Assembly (NCBI RefSeq): GCF_018350175.1
Contig: NC_058368.1
Location: forward strand, 229,712,001 to 229,776,000
Origin: Felis catus
Lineage: Eukaryota
Length of the DNA stretch: 64,000 bases
Direction of reading: 5' to 3'
Under the pieces are notes generated by a model. It ran no database searches. It was given only the letters and a program-made list of their open reading frames with translations, and was not told the origin of the DNA. Numbering within the stretch: the first letter of the stretch is position 1; every line of letters starts with the position of its first letter. This document shows, in pieces, positions 1 through 13,381 of the stretch. Position numbers and translations under genes: made by a program.

Positions 1-1219
1 TGGAGCCCAGATTTCTTTCTGTGTAATAGTAGAATTAAAGGTAATACTTGATGTATCTATTGTGAAGCACATGTGTCTGTAATAATTTCAGCCTCACAAA
101 AACATGTAAGTTTGATGAGGTATTATAAAAGTCAGGGATGTTAGGTTCAGTTTGAATAAGTTTGCTACCCACGGGTATCAAAAGGCTCATTCAGAATTAG
201 AACATCTGTCATCTCTGTAGTTGACTTCAGCTAGTTTATGTTACGTTTAAAAGAAAGATCCTCATGGAATGGGGTCAGGAGAACTGGCATATTTGTACTC
301 ATTTTATCACTTACTTAATGGTTCCGATGACCTTGGGGCTTTCACATCTAAGAAGCTCACTTAATTTCTCCATTATTTAAAACACACGTACAAAACACAC
401 ACGCATGAGCACGCGCACACAGTCTTTCCTAAAGTTACTTTCCAGTCGCAAACACTTTTTATTTGTATCAAAATCTGTGAGATGTCTTTACAAATGGTAA
501 CAAAGTCACAAGATAATTTCTGATCATGTAATACCCGTGAAGTAAATAATTTAAGATTTCTTTGAATTATTGAATCTTTATGCTTGTTATTTGCTTTCAA
601 GAGCAACCTGTTGCATAAGAAATGCAAAATATAATCTAATTATAACATGAAATTCCTACAGGTGTGCTGTGATGTTTTCATTTTCAACATAAACATCTCC
701 TGACACAGGAACAGAATTTTTCTTTCCTTTTTTTGTTTTTGTGTTTAGAATTTTTCTTTTAATTTTAAGTCACCCATTTACTCTCTCATTGTCCAGGAGA
801 ATCATTAACCATAGTAAAGTCGTGGCTTATAGAAATAATTTTGAAATTTTGGGTTGCAATTCCCTAATGATAATTGTTGATATAAAACCACAATCGTTTC
901 CAATTTTGTAACACAGCTCCTTCATGTACCACCTTTCCTTCTACTTCTCAGGGACCTACCTATATTAGACCTTCCCCACTGCTGCTCGCCGGGGAGAGGG
1001 TGTTTCCATGGGGAAGCAGCTCGAGCACCGACCAAGGCTGCTCTTGGCACAATCTGGATCTCGATCTTGGGAATGTTCACTGGGAAGAAGTGCGATAGAA
1101 GAAGTAAGGGGCAATTTAAGGGAATCACTGCTACCTAGGCCATAGATAGCAATCCTGCTTTAACCTAGGGCCACTGAGTTTTGCTTTTGGCAGCCACGGT
1201 GTCATACTATTTTGTACAT

Positions 1220-1750
1220 AGCTTTATCAAGATATGATTGGCAAACCATAAAATATACCCATTAAAATACACGGTTCAATGGTTTTTTAATATATTGAAA
1301 ATTCCATCACCTCAAAAGGAAACCTTGTAGCAGTCACTTCGCATTACCTTTCCCTACACCCACTTTAGGCAGCGCTAATCCACATTCTGTCTTTCTGGAG
1401 TGGCCTGTTTTTTTGTTCCATTTTAAATAAATGGAATCATACAACATGTGGTCTTCCCTGTCTGGCTTGTTTCACCTAACATGTGATTGTGATTCATCTA
1501 TGTTGTGACAGGTATCAGCCCTTCATTCCCTCTCATTGCTGATTAATATTCTGTTGTATGCATAGACTACATTTTGGTTCCCATTTGATGGGCATCGGGT
1601 ATGTCCACTTTTTAATTATAATGAATAATGCTAGTTTTAATATTTATATACAGGTCTTTATGTAGACACATATTTTCATTTCTCTTGCATACCCAAGAGT
1701 TGGTCCTCTTACCTAGAGTCCTAGGCCCCTGGGTTGAATTGTCAGATCAC
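1220..1750 (-). mobile_element. Old L1 (L1M-type) 3' region fragment
   Basis: Typical antisense L1 3' text (aatggaatcatacaacatgtggtc...gtctggcttgtttcacc...gattcatctatgttg). Confidence 0.75.
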
Positions 1751-2885
1751 ACGGTAGGTCTGTCACTATCTATCACATGCAAGAAATGTATGTGTGTGTG
1801 TGTCTGTATGTGTGTGTATACCATGTGCAGGGGAGTAGTACCCATGGATGTAATGGATTGTTTCATGAGATAAAAGGAATAGAAGAGAAATCAGTGGAAA
1901 TTAAATATAAATGTAGTCTGACACTTCAGCAACAAATACGTTTATTTGATATTTCTTTACACACAAAATAGGCTTCTAAGTATGTCATTTAAGCCTGTAA
2001 TATATTTTTTTTCAATATGAAGTTAAAATCACAATTCCTAACTTTACTCTGTCACCTACACAATATCTCAACTTTAAATTCCACTCATTACTCATTTTAA
2101 TGAAACTAACAACTTGGGGACGTCGAAGTCTGTTTCATTCTCTTATACTTTATGTGTAGTGTGGTATGAGTGAGCAATTTCACCATTGTTTTCGTTAGCC
2201 AGCACACAATCCATTCCGGCTCACGTGCTTCGGTGGCTGAGGAAGACCAGCCCGCCAATCGACGGCGTAAGATGAACTGAAGTAATATCGGATTCCATTA
2301 GCTCCGGAGCCATCATGGCGGCCCAAAGCTCGAGGGAAGGAGAGCACACCTCACGTCAGAGCCTCATGTTGCCGAGCCTCACTCAGAGAATAGTGTCCGC
2401 TGAGCACAGGCATACCTGGAGGGTGGAAAGAGGTTAGATCAGGGATGAGGAGTTGGTTAAGGTGCATTAATATGTTAATGAAGTCACTACATCAGACAGC
2501 AGGTCAATAAATAAATTATATAACGATCCCATTCAACTTGAATTTCCAGCAACAATAGGCAGGTTTTTAAACGATAAGCTCTTTAAGTCCTTTCGCTCAC
2601 CTGTTAGTTGGAAACAAAAATCCAAGTTGCTGATGCTTTTAATGCAGCTTCCTTTCTCATGGTGTTCTGCAAAACCCTACTTCTGTTTGCCACCCACTTT
2701 GACTCTATTTTCCTATTTCGACCCCCAATTCATATTTTTCTAGTTATTGTTATATAATATATAAATGGAAATCATGAATTCTAAGTATGAGAAAATTGTG
2801 CTTGAAAAATAGGACTGATATTTGCCCCGTAAATGAGAGATTATTGGCCCAATTGCCCAGTTATTCTGATTAGCCTGAAAGAAAT

Positions 2886-3300
2886 GTATATTTGCTCTGC
2901 TGCCATAACAAAATCCCACAGGTAGGGTGGCTTAAACAACAGAAACATTTTCTTAAATCCTAGAGGCTGGAAGTCCCAGATCACAGTCCAGAGAATTTGG
3001 TTTCAGGGGAGACCTCTCTTACTAGCTTAGAGGCAGCAACCATCTTCTTGTATTCTCTCATGGCTTTTCTCTTGCTCAGGCGTGGATATGCAGGAGAGAG
3101 AGAGAGAGAGAGAGGGAAAGGGGGGCAAGAGCTCTCTAGTGTCTCCCTTTCCTCTTGTAAGGACATGGATCCCATGAGTTCAGGGCCCTCACCCATGACC
3201 TCACCATGACCTCCCTAAGACCCCATCTCTGACCACCATCGCATGGGGTTAGAGCCTCAACATGTTAATGAGTGGGCAGGGCACAAGTCAGTCCATAACA
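2886..3300 (-). mobile_element. MaLR LTR (MLT1A/B-like)
   Basis: Starts ctgccataacaaaatcccacag...ggtggcttaaacaacag and ends cagtccataaca, the reverse complement of MLT1 LTR ends. Confidence 0.8.
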
Positions 3301-3639
3301 GAACCCAAGAAGTTTTGGGTCATTACACATGAACTAAAGTTGTGAATTTTCACTTTTATTGATCACAAAAGAGCTGCGCTTACATAGTAGCCATCTACCA
3401 TTCTAACTATGTGCTGATTATCTAATTAATGATTCTTCCAAGCATGCTGATACAGTAGTACTCATAAACTCACATCAGCATTTACTGGTCATCTAACTTT
3501 TACACCAAAGATTTTATGCATAGTTCAATAAACATAAGATAAGCTGATTTCTAACAGATCAAGTGATAGAATTGGGAAAAAAATCCTTTGCATAATTTGT
3601 GTTCAGATATGTTAGTACAGGCTTAAGAGAGAGAGAGAA

Positions 3640-4985
3640 TATTGGGACTACATAAAACTGAAAAGCTTCTTAACAGCCAAAGAAATAATCAACAAAATGA
3701 AAAGGCAACCTATAGAATGGGAAAAAGTATTTGTAAGCCATCTATCTGACAATATCCAAAATGTATTAAGGAACTCATACAAGTCAATAGTATAAAAGCA
3801 AATAACTTGACTGAAAAATGAGCAAAAGGCCTGAATAGACATTTTTCTAAAGACACATAAATGGCCAAAATGTATGTGACAAGGTGTTCAATGCTACTAA
3901 TCAGGCAAATGCAAATCAAAACCACCATGAGATATCACCTCATACATTTTAGGATGGCTATTATCAAAAAGACAAAAAAAAAAAAAGACAAGTAATAACA
4001 AGTGCTGGTGAAGATGTGGAAAAAAGGGATATAGCCACTGTGGAGATTAGTATGGAGGTTCCTCAAAAATTTAAAAAAGGAAATATCATATGACCCAGAA
4101 ATCCCACTCTAGGTATATATGCAAAGAAAATAAAATCAGTATCTCAGGGGCATCTTCATGGCTCAGTTGGTTGAGCATCCAACTCTTGATTTCAGCTCAG
4201 GTTATGATCCCAGGGTTGTGGGATCAAGCCTGTGTCCAGTTCCACACTGAGCATGGAACCTGCTTAAGATTCTCTCTCTCACTCCTTCTGCCCCTCTCTC
4301 CAGCTCATGTGCTCTCTGTCTCAAAAAAAAAAAAAAAAAAAGTCAGTATCTCAAAGAAATATCTGCCCTCCCATGTTTGTTGCAGTTTATTCACAATAGC
4401 CAAGAAGAGGAAACAATCTAAGGGTCCACTGATGGAAAAATGGACAAATAAAATGTATATACATACAATGGAATATTATTCAGTCATAAAAAAGAAGAAG
4501 AAGGCAATCTTGCCATTTGTGACAGTGTGGATGAACCCAGAGAACAGTATGCTGAGTGAAATCAATCAGCCACAGAAAGGCAAATATGATATCATCTCAC
4601 TTATATGTGGAATCTAGAAAAGTCAGACTCAGAACCAGAGAATAGAATGGTGGTCGGCAGGAGCTGAGGGGTGGGGAAATGGGGAGATATTGGTCAAAGG
4701 ACATAAACTTCCATTGATAAGATAAATATGCTCTGGGGTCTAATGTGGAGAACAAGGAGGACAATTAGTATTGTGTTTTTGAAATTTCTTGAGAGAGATC
4801 TTAAGTATTCTTACTGAACACACAAAGACAGGTAACTATGTGATTTGGTGGATGGATTGATTAACTTGATTGTAATAATCATTTCATAATATATACATAT
4901 ATTAAGTCATCATGTTGTTCATATTAAATAAATACAATTTTTATCTGTTAATATCTCAATAAACCTGGAATAAATAAATAAATAC
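3640..4985 (+). mobile_element. L1 ORF2 C-terminus and 3'UTR, 5'-truncated and degenerate, interrupted by a CanSINE
   Basis: gggactacataaaactgaaaagcttct...gcaaatcaaaaccaccatgagatatcacctcatac; ORF remnants (HTMEYYSVIKK, ILPFVTVWM); ends ctcaataaa plus an A-rich tail. Confidence 0.9.
4147..4341 (+). mobile_element. CanSINE inside L1
   Basis: tRNA-like head, (CT)n, A tail; TSD tcagtatctca on both sides. Confidence 0.9.
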
Positions 4986-5143
4986 ATAAGTAAGACAAAG
5001 AAAGTATTTCCGTGAGTATCATTAATTTTGAATTTTTAAAATAATGTGCAGTCTTACAAGGCTATTTATGAATTTATCAATAAAATCCACTAATATTCTA
5101 TATTTTTTCTTATGTGGGAAGTATACACATTCTTAGTCATTTT

Positions 5144-5300
5144 TTCTTTTAATGTTTATTTATTTTTGAGAAAGTGAGAGATGGAGAAGGGGCAGAGACA
5201 GAGGGAGACAGAGGATCTGAAGTGGGCTCAGTGCTGACAGTAGTCAGCCCGATGCAGGGCTTGAAATCAAGAACCATGAGATCGTGATCTGAGCCAAAGT
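5144..5300 (-). mobile_element. Truncated CanSINE
   Basis: tttatttatttttgaga...ggggcagagacagagggagacagaggatctgaa...gagatcgtgatctgagcc. Confidence 0.85.
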
Positions 5301-5479
5301 GATATTTTTATGTTAAGCGTATCTTTACATGTGATTTTGCTTAAATGCAGTGGAAAAATGGATGGCAGTGTTTGTCTCATGGAGATTCTGTCAGGATCCC
5401 ATGAGGAATATGCTTAGAACAGTATAGGGTCAGGCATATAGCAAATGCACACTGAGGTGGGCTCTCTCATTGCTATGGT

Positions 5480-6060
5480 ACTGGTGTGTTTTCCAAAATG
5501 GCCACAAAAAGAATTGATTCTGTCCTACAGAGCTTCTTACAATGGGACAGGCACTCCTCCTACAGACAAGAGCCCAGAGCGGCCCGTTTCCTCTCGCTGA
5601 AACTTTTTCTGACTCCCCAGACCATCAGAGTCCAGCCCAAGATGTCACTTTCCTTCTGAGCCAACGTCATCCAAGAGCACACACCCCCTTCCTCACCTTC
5701 GCACATGTGCGCTCTCTTGCATTCTGCGCTCTTAGCCTTAGAGAAGCAGCCGCCATCTTGTGAGGAAACCCAATCCACCTAGAGTGACCACGTGGAGATG
5801 TCCCAGCTGTCTGTGCCAGCTAAGGTTTCGGCCAACAGCCCCCATCAAACCTGAGTGAATAAGCCTCAAATCATCCCAGCCATAGGTAGGCTTTACTTCT
5901 TCCATCTGAGACTTCATACCTGGGGCAGAGATGAGTGGTCCCCCTGAGTCCCATTCGCTTTTTCACCTGCAGAAACTGTCACAGATCAGTAAGGATTGCT
6001 GTTGTTTTAATCCACAAGGTATTGTGAAAAGCCGCTGTACAGAAAAAGAGAACGAATACA
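5480..6060 (+). mobile_element. Old MaLR LTR (MLT1F/G/H-like)
   Basis: ccaaaatggccac near the start; gcagccgccatcttgtgagga; tgttgttttaatccac near the end. Confidence 0.6.
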
Positions 6061-6439
6061 ACTTATTTTCTAAAGCAATGGAATTTCTAAAATGGACAAT
6101 TCCCCATCCCACCAACACCACTGTCACTTAATGAAAGTTGACTGACTTGAATTAGAGCAATTTTCATTTCACAAGCATAGGTTAGAGTGTACTCCATACA
6201 CTGTGACCAGATAAAACTCTTGCTCTAACAGCGGGTCCCAAAAGGGGGAGTGAACAAGGCACAATCTAATAAGATAATTAAAGTCATAATATAAACGTCT
6301 TGCATTTTTTTGTCAAATGTCTGTGAAAATACATGCTATAAAAATAATGCTATTCTTTCTATTCAAATTATAATTGGTGGAAAAAGTATTCTTTTTCTTA
6401 TATTGTTCTATTTCTCCTATTTTGGTAGGGTGGGGGTCA

Positions 6440-6900
6440 CCCTCCCTGAGCCTTGGCCAGCACCACTGTAACAGCTTGAGATCACATATACCATAGTGTC
6501 ACCATGGGAGCCACCTGGTAGCAGAGGAGGTGCAGAAATAGGGCCATTTCCATGGAACTGACCCACAGGTGACTGGGCAGGTGGAGTGTTGGAATGGGTT
6601 GGTGGAGGCACAACCAGAGTGCCAGCTCTGCGGTGAAGTGTCCCAAGGATGGCTGCTAAAAGTTTTCCCAGGACATGGTCTTGACTTTGAGCCAAAAGCT
6701 TGTGTTTATTGCTGCGTCCCTGGGAAGAAAAATACATGGGTCAGGAATCATGGAGCAAACCATGGTAGTATCCACTTACAAACTGTGCTTTCTCTCTCTG
6801 TAATGCTGGGCTCTTCAGGTTTAGAAGCCCTGGTGCCATAGAGGGAACACGTCCGCCAGAAACCACAGCCAGCAGTCAATGTCTCCAGGCTGTTCCGGGA
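6440..6900 (+). mobile_element. ERVL internal fragment (integrase/dUTPase-region-like), resuming at ~7335-7410 after an MLT1 insertion
   Basis: catgggtcaggaatcatggag...ggtttagaagccctggtgccatagagggaacacgtccgccagaaaccac and aagaagtcactatcttggctggggccactgactttgatcatt resemble consecutive parts of the ERVL internal consensus as I recall it. Confidence 0.6.
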
Positions 6901-6914
6901 GGAAGGGAAATGAC

Positions 6915-7332
6915 TTAGTTTCCTCACTTTGCCATAACACGCTACTGAATACCTGGTGGCTTTAAAACAGCAGAAATGTCGCTTCTCAAATTCTGGAATC
7001 TAGAAGTGTGTGTGATCGAGGTGTCAGTAGGGCCTTGCTTCCTCTGAAGGCTCTAGGGAAGAATTTCTCCTTGTCTCTTCCGGCTTCTGATGGCTCTGTG
7101 CAATCCTCAGCTCGCAGCTGCATCTGGCTGACCTCTGCCTCCGTCTTCCCGTGGCCTTCTTCCTTGTGTGTGGCTAGATGTCCTTTCCTCTTACAAGAAC
7201 AACTGCCATTAGATGTAGGGCCCACCCTGACCGGGTCTGACTTCACCTTAAGTGCATTGCTTACGCTTAGAAAGACTCTATTTCCAGATAAAGTCACATT
7301 CTGAGCTTCTAGACAGATGTGAAGACTTGGGG
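6915..7332 (-). mobile_element. MaLR LTR (MLT1C/D-like)
   Basis: ttagtttcct...ccataaca...ggtggctttaaaacagcagaaatg...ctctgaaggctctagggaagaat...cacccactaca. Confidence 0.85.
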
Positions 7333-9782
7333 CACATTATCCACCCACTACAAGAAGTCACTATCTTGGCTGGGGCCACTGACTTTGATCATTAAAAGGG
7401 TTAGGGGACGTGTGACACAAAGAAACTAGGAGGAATATACAAAATGTTAAGAAATCTCTAAATATGTAAGCTGTAGTTTTATGTAGTCTTATCTTTTATG
7501 TTGTTAGTATTGATATTTTCTTGAATATATTTACCTCTAATTATTCTACTAAGATACAATTTGCATTCAGTAAAATTAATTTTGGGGCTACAGAGCTATG
7601 AGTTTTCACGAAGTCACTGGAAAAATTTCTCAGCTCAAAGGAAAATCTGACTTCCAGGATTATACAGGAGCACAACTCTGTCCTAAATCATCTTGGTAAC
7701 CCATATGGTGTTTACTTTGGCGGCACATAATATTTCAAGGCAGGAGGCTCATATTTCATATTGGTGAAGACTGCAAAAGCCATTTTCCAAATTACAGAGA
7801 ATTGGTGTTAAAAACTGCATCCACACACGGGGTCAGGCTTCCAGATAATACTGTCTCCACGATAAGGGATAGCATTACAAGTTCTCCTCCTAGGTTAGCA
7901 GAACGATGAGTTTCGATGTCATAAATACACTCCCCTTTGCTCTCAAATGGAAACTTTGTCAACAAGTTGCCTGACCCCAATATCTTCAAAATAATGTGCT
8001 TGTGCTCTGGTACTGGTCATGTTAGTGATGTGCCCACAGCCTTCAGTGTAGCCTTGAAACAAAACCCCTTGCAATGTAAAGGACTGGAAGCGATTCACCT
8101 ACAAGTTAGTCTTATAGGAAGTTAGTCTTTCAAGCAGACACTCTGCTTAGCCACAGTCTAAACACATTTCTTCGCTCTATGATTATTCACACGTGTAAAG
8201 AGTGAAGTTTCTTTAAAACAGTTTTGTAGAAAAAAAAAGTTTGAGGATCTAACCCTAATCCTAACCATAACCCTAAATGCTACTAGAGAATACGTTGGCT
8301 TTTTTTTTTCTCTTCAACTCTGAAAATCCAGAGTTTTAGTTTTCAAGCCCAAGAGAGAAATGAAACAAAACAATACAAAAAAAAACTCATGTTTCAAAGT
8401 CCTGCTCGCCATGAAGTGGAAAATCTACCCCCTACGTGCCTAATTGCCATGAGTATTGTACCCTCACTCCCAACAATGCCTGCATCCCTTATTACTCTCA
8501 CTCGACAAGTAAAGGTAGGGAGTTTATTATGGTATTCAATTTCCAGGAACATGGAAACATATTGCTAAGAATCTCAAATGTATATATTTAAAAATTAGTT
8601 GGCATTTTTAATTTGTTAAGATGCAGGATTTTCCTGAAGACATCAAGAAACACTTGGCCAAAAAAAAAAGTAAAAGAAAAAGAAAAAGAAAAAGAAAACT
8701 AGAACTTTGTCCTGGATCCTAAAGAAATGGAAGAATTGACCCAGACAACCAAATCAGGGGGAGGAAATGGCATCGAGGAAGGGCATTCTCTACAAAGAGA
8801 AATGATGACATGGAAAATTGTGACCCCGTAATGCAAAATCTGGTAGGAAAATCTTTATACAGAACATCATATTTGATGGCAAACATTTAGAAGCATTGAA
8901 ATCCAGTGCAATGAGATTTAAAAAGATGTACACAAATTCAAAAGGGAAGACATCAAACTGTGATTATTTGTTAACAATACAATTGTCTACTTAGAAAGTC
9001 CAAAGGAATGATCCACAAGCAACTATTAGCGCTAATTAGAGAATTTAGTCAGGGTGCTGTTTCATGCTGTTACTGTGTGATCCGTGGCTGTTGGTAATGT
9101 TCCCTTTTCTAATTTGGATCCTCCCTCTGTTCACTGTCTTCCCTCCTCGCCACATAACCTGATCGCTAAGAGCTCAATTTTCCCCTATAGAGTTCTATTT
9201 GGATATCACCATTACTCTAAGTTTCTGTACATCATGTAGCCATTTGTGTGATTTATGAATCCATTTTTCTCTTACATAAAAGTGAAATTACGATACCCCA
9301 AATTATAAAGATATGCACATTATTACTTGACTTTCCCCAAAGTTTTACCTTGTCTCTTGTGCCAAATAGCATTTGTTAATGGGGTTTTCACTAGGGACCA
9401 TTGCTCTGCAAATTCTGCATTTCTCTGCAAATGGAGAAGGAAACACATGGAGTCAAGATTCAGCTTGACAGAACTGAAGCAGGTATCCACTCCCCATGGG
9501 GCAATGCTGTCTCACTCCCCACAGAATCTGTTCTGATCACATAGGTTTACCGGAATGTTTCAGCTGGGCAAATAACAGAATGGGCTTTAAAGTAATCCAT
9601 ATGGGGAGCCTTCTTACATCAAACACCACATGCAGTCTCCAGCATCCAGAGATGCCCTACCTGGTTTCAAGGCTTCCAAACTGCTGTTCATGAGATTCAG
9701 AATCCTTTCTTTTTTTAGGGTTTAGTGACCAATGCCAGAGAGAACATAATTAGATCTCTGTATGATATAATCTCATCTCTGC

Positions 9783-10583
9783 TGTATTAGTTTACTAGGG
9801 ATGCCACCACCAAGTTTTGCAGACTGGGTGACTTAAACAACAGAAATGCATTTTTTTAAAATTTTATTTTAGAGAGACAGAGATTGAGCAGGGGAAAGAG
9901 ACAGAGAGAGAGCGAGAAAATCTTAAGCAGGCTCCGCACTCAGTACAGAGCTCAATACAGAGCTTAATCTCATGACCCTGGGATCATGACCAAAATCAAG
10001 TCAGACACTCAACCAAGTCATCCAGATGCCGCAAGAAATGTATTTTCTCACAGTTCTGGAGGCTGGAAGTCTGAGATCAAGATGTTGGCAGGGATGTATT
10101 CTTCTGAGACCTCTCTCTCTCTGACTTTTAGATGGTCATCTTCTCCCTATATCTTCACATGGTCTTCCCTTTGCATATGTCTGTGTTCTAATCTCCTCTA
10201 CTTTTTTTATGTTTGTTCATTTTTGAGAGACAGAGAGACAGAATCCTCGAGATGGGAAGAGAAAGAGAGAGAAGAAGACACAGAATCTGAAACTGTCAGC
10301 ACAGAGCCCGATGTGGAGCTCAAACTCACAAACTGCGAGATCATGGCCTGAGCTGAAGTTGGACCCTTAACCTACTGAGCCACCAAGGTGCCCCTAAACT
10401 CCTCTTCTTATAAAGACAGCAGTCATATTGAATTGGGGCCCATTTTAATGACCTCATTTTAACTTTAATTACCTCTTTAAAGATCCCATGTCCAAATATA
10501 GTCATGTTCTGGGGTGCTGGGTTTAGGACTTCAACATATGAGTTTGCAGGGTTGGGGGATGCAGCACAATTCAGTCCATAACA
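9783..10583 (-). mobile_element. MLT1 LTR split by two antisense CanSINEs (~9850-10031 and ~10202-10394)
   Basis: MLT1 text resumes after each SINE; duplicated target sites agaaatgYatt and ctcctct. Confidence 0.85.
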
Positions 10584-11574
10584 TACATGAAGCAAACATC
10601 CCCCAAGAGTCTTGTATTGTACATGAACTTGTCATAGACTCTCTTATATATTTTGTATACTTCATTTTCTAATCTGCTGGATGTTTCCAGGTGTGTTTCG
10701 CTCATGATCTCCTGAACAGAATGAACAGTGATTTCTTAATCTGGCTAATCCCAAACCTGTTCCCAAGGTACAATTAATATATCATACATATTTTGCATTG
10801 AATATGGTCCTCAATGTCCCCTCATCAGTGTCCATCCAGATTCGCCAATTTGAATTCGTCTTCAAGTTTCGAAGTTTGATCTCTCGGAGGCATTTTAATT
10901 CCGACGAATCGCCATATGAATCTATTATGTTTTTATATCTATGTTTATTTACCCTGACAAGAAATGAAAGGGGTGAAATGAAAGCTGCCTCAGTGCTGGT
11001 TTCCCATGCCCACAGGGCGAGGCAATGCTGGTTGGTATCACTTGCACACGCAGGAACGTCAAAGTTAGGAAACTCAGAACATGTATCTAGTGGCTATCCT
11101 ACCTCATCCCTCCAGAAAGAGAGGCAGAGACTTCGACTTTATAATGCCAACAATCTCTAGGGAGAAGAGGAGAAAGTCTCTAAGTTGGAATGTAAGCAAA
11201 TGGCTCTAGGACGATACAGAATCTATAACTTGTAAGTCTTGTTTTCCATCAACCATCCTTTAAGCCAGGTTGCCCATAACGGTTGTTCAGAAAGCCCCGA
11301 TTGCACGGAAACATGGAAAGCTTCTTGGAGAATTGTTTCCCAGTGGTAATGCCTCCCTGTGTCACCATCAGCCACAGACAGCGATTGGAAATACCAAAAG
11401 GTCCTGAAGGAGCACACCTTAATGAACCCATAGCATGATTCCAGCACCCTTGCTGCCATTTCTACTTTCCCCCATGATTTATTAAGTACAGTTTACGTTG
11501 TTTCCCCACAGAGGAAAGAATTTTAAGCTCTAATCTACCGCTACAACACAAGGAGTAGAGGAAATATGGCCTCT

Positions 11575-11823
11575 GTCATAGTTGGTTTGGGCTAGTATAA
11601 CAAATTATCATAGTGTGGAGACCTTAAAAAAATAAACATTTATTTTTCACACTTCCTTAGGCTAGAATTCCAGGATCAAGGTGCCAGTGTGGTTCTGTTC
11701 CCAGGCAGTGTCCTCTTCCTGGTTTATAGATGACTATCTTCTCACTCTGTCCTCTCATGGCAAAAAGGAAGCCAGCTAGCACATTGGCCTCTTCTTTTAA
11801 GGAGACTAATCCCAATCAGGATG
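11575..11823 (-). mobile_element. Partial MLT1 LTR
   Basis: ataacaaattatcatag...caggatcaaggtgccag...cttcttttaaggagactaatccc. Confidence 0.75.
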
Positions 11824-12212
11824 GTGAAATCTGAAACTTGTCCCCAGGCGTGGAAGGCAGGGAAAAGTCAAAGAAAAAGGCAGACCACTCAGATTGGTGG
11901 GTAGCAGATTTAACAAACAAGGGAACTTCCCTGCAGTGCCTGTCTTGTGGGCTCCAAGACAAATAGATCTCCATATCTGCCCACCAGAATCTTAGAGGGT
12001 TATAAAGAGGCCTTAGCTGTGTGCAGTTATGTATTCAGTCCATATGATCACAACGACATGCTCTCCCCAGGCTGCATCCTTGAAAGAGCTCCTAGTGGGG
12101 GGACAGTGGGCAGAGCTTACATTCCAAGACAGGGGAGAAGATGAAGAACCTCTGATTGCCTAGGTCCAGCTCACGCGTCAAACAGTGGCCACATCCTCTC
12201 AATAACCTCTCC
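11824..12212 (-). mobile_element. Carnivore ERV solo LTR
   Basis: Resembles carnivore LTR text (gaccactcagattggtggg...caagggaactt...ccagaatctt...ggtccagctcacgcgtcaa); remnant TATA and polyA signals lie on the minus strand. Confidence 0.6.
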
Positions 12213-12403
12213 TTTTCCATGACCTAAATGCTGTTCCATATATCACCCTTGGCTACCACAGTAGCTTTCTGGCCATTGCTTATATTTTCTACAAACCCTC
12301 TTCCTTAACGCTTTACCATTGCTATGCCTTGTGCTTCTAGACAGATATACATATCCTGGTACTCACAAAGCTTTTTCTCTGACTGTACTTAAATCTGTAT
12401 TCA

Positions 12404-12626
12404 GGGGCGCCTGCGTGGTGCAGTCGGTTAAGCGTCCGACTTCAGCCAGGTCACGATCTCGCGGTCCGGGAGTTCGAGCCCCGCATCGGGCTCTGGGCTG
12501 ATGGCTCAGAGCCTGGAGCCTGTTTCCGATTCTGTGTCTCCCTCTCTCTCTGCCCCTCCCCCGTTCATTCTCTGTCTCTCTCTGTCCCAAAAATAAATAA
12601 ATGTTGAAAAAAAAATTAAAAAAAAA
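12404..12626 (+). mobile_element. Young felid CanSINE (SINEC_Fc-like)
   Basis: CpGs largely intact; perfect TSD aaatctgtattca (12391-12403 / 12624-12636). Confidence 0.95.
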
Positions 12627-12639
12627 TCTGTATTCAATG

Positions 12640-12936
12640 TCACCTACTAAGAAAAGTGTCTCCTGAATACTATAACAAAAGCAGTACTATTTTCATCTTT
12701 AGCTCCATTTCTTTCTCTATTTTTCTTCAGAGAACTTACCCCTTGCTAACTGGTGGTATGATATGAGAAAATGAACTTATGTGTTAACTGTCTCTATCCC
12801 TCCAAAATATCAGTTCTACAAGGGAACTAACATTGTCATATCCTCAGTTTCTAGAACATGGCCTGTCACTGAACCAGCATTTAGTAACTATCTGATGAGA
12901 TGGTGAATGAATGAATGAATGAATGAATGAATGAAT
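12640..12936 (+). mobile_element. L2 3' end with (GAAT)n tail
   Basis: tcctcagtttctagaacatggcctg...tgaatgaatgaatgaatg. Confidence 0.65.
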
Positions 12937-13162
12937 TAGTGGTCCAAGGAAGTGAAATTGGAAAGTGATAGCTGAGAGATGGCTAAGCCCCTGAGTATCA
13001 TTACAAGCAGTCGGTAGAAGGCACCCAACATGAATAAACCCAGCATTAGTAGAAGAGAGTCCTATTTAGAAATACAGAGGTGAACACAGTAAAAATAGAT
13101 GAAGGAACTACTGTTCAGTATATTAGGCAAATTGAATCAAAACTTAAAATCTAGTCCAAAAA

Positions 13163-13381
13163 ATTTTATTTTTATTTTTTAAAGTTTACTTATTCATTTT
13201 GAGAGAGAGAGAGAGAGAAAGCATGAGCAGGGGAGGGGCAAAGAGAGAGGAAAGAATGAGAATCCCAACCAGGCTCTGCACTGCCAGCACGGAGCCAACG
13301 GAAGGCTCGAACTCACCAACTGTGAGATCGTGGCCTGAACCGAAATCGGATACTTCACCAACTGAGCCACCCAGTTGCACC
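13163..13381 (-). mobile_element. CanSINE
   Basis: T-rich tail, (GA)n, actgagccacccag head. Confidence 0.9.

Noticed and set aside
8249..8276. Telomere-like ctaaccctaatcctaaccataaccctaa
   Set aside because: Only about four degenerate units; too short to call an interstitial telomeric sequence.
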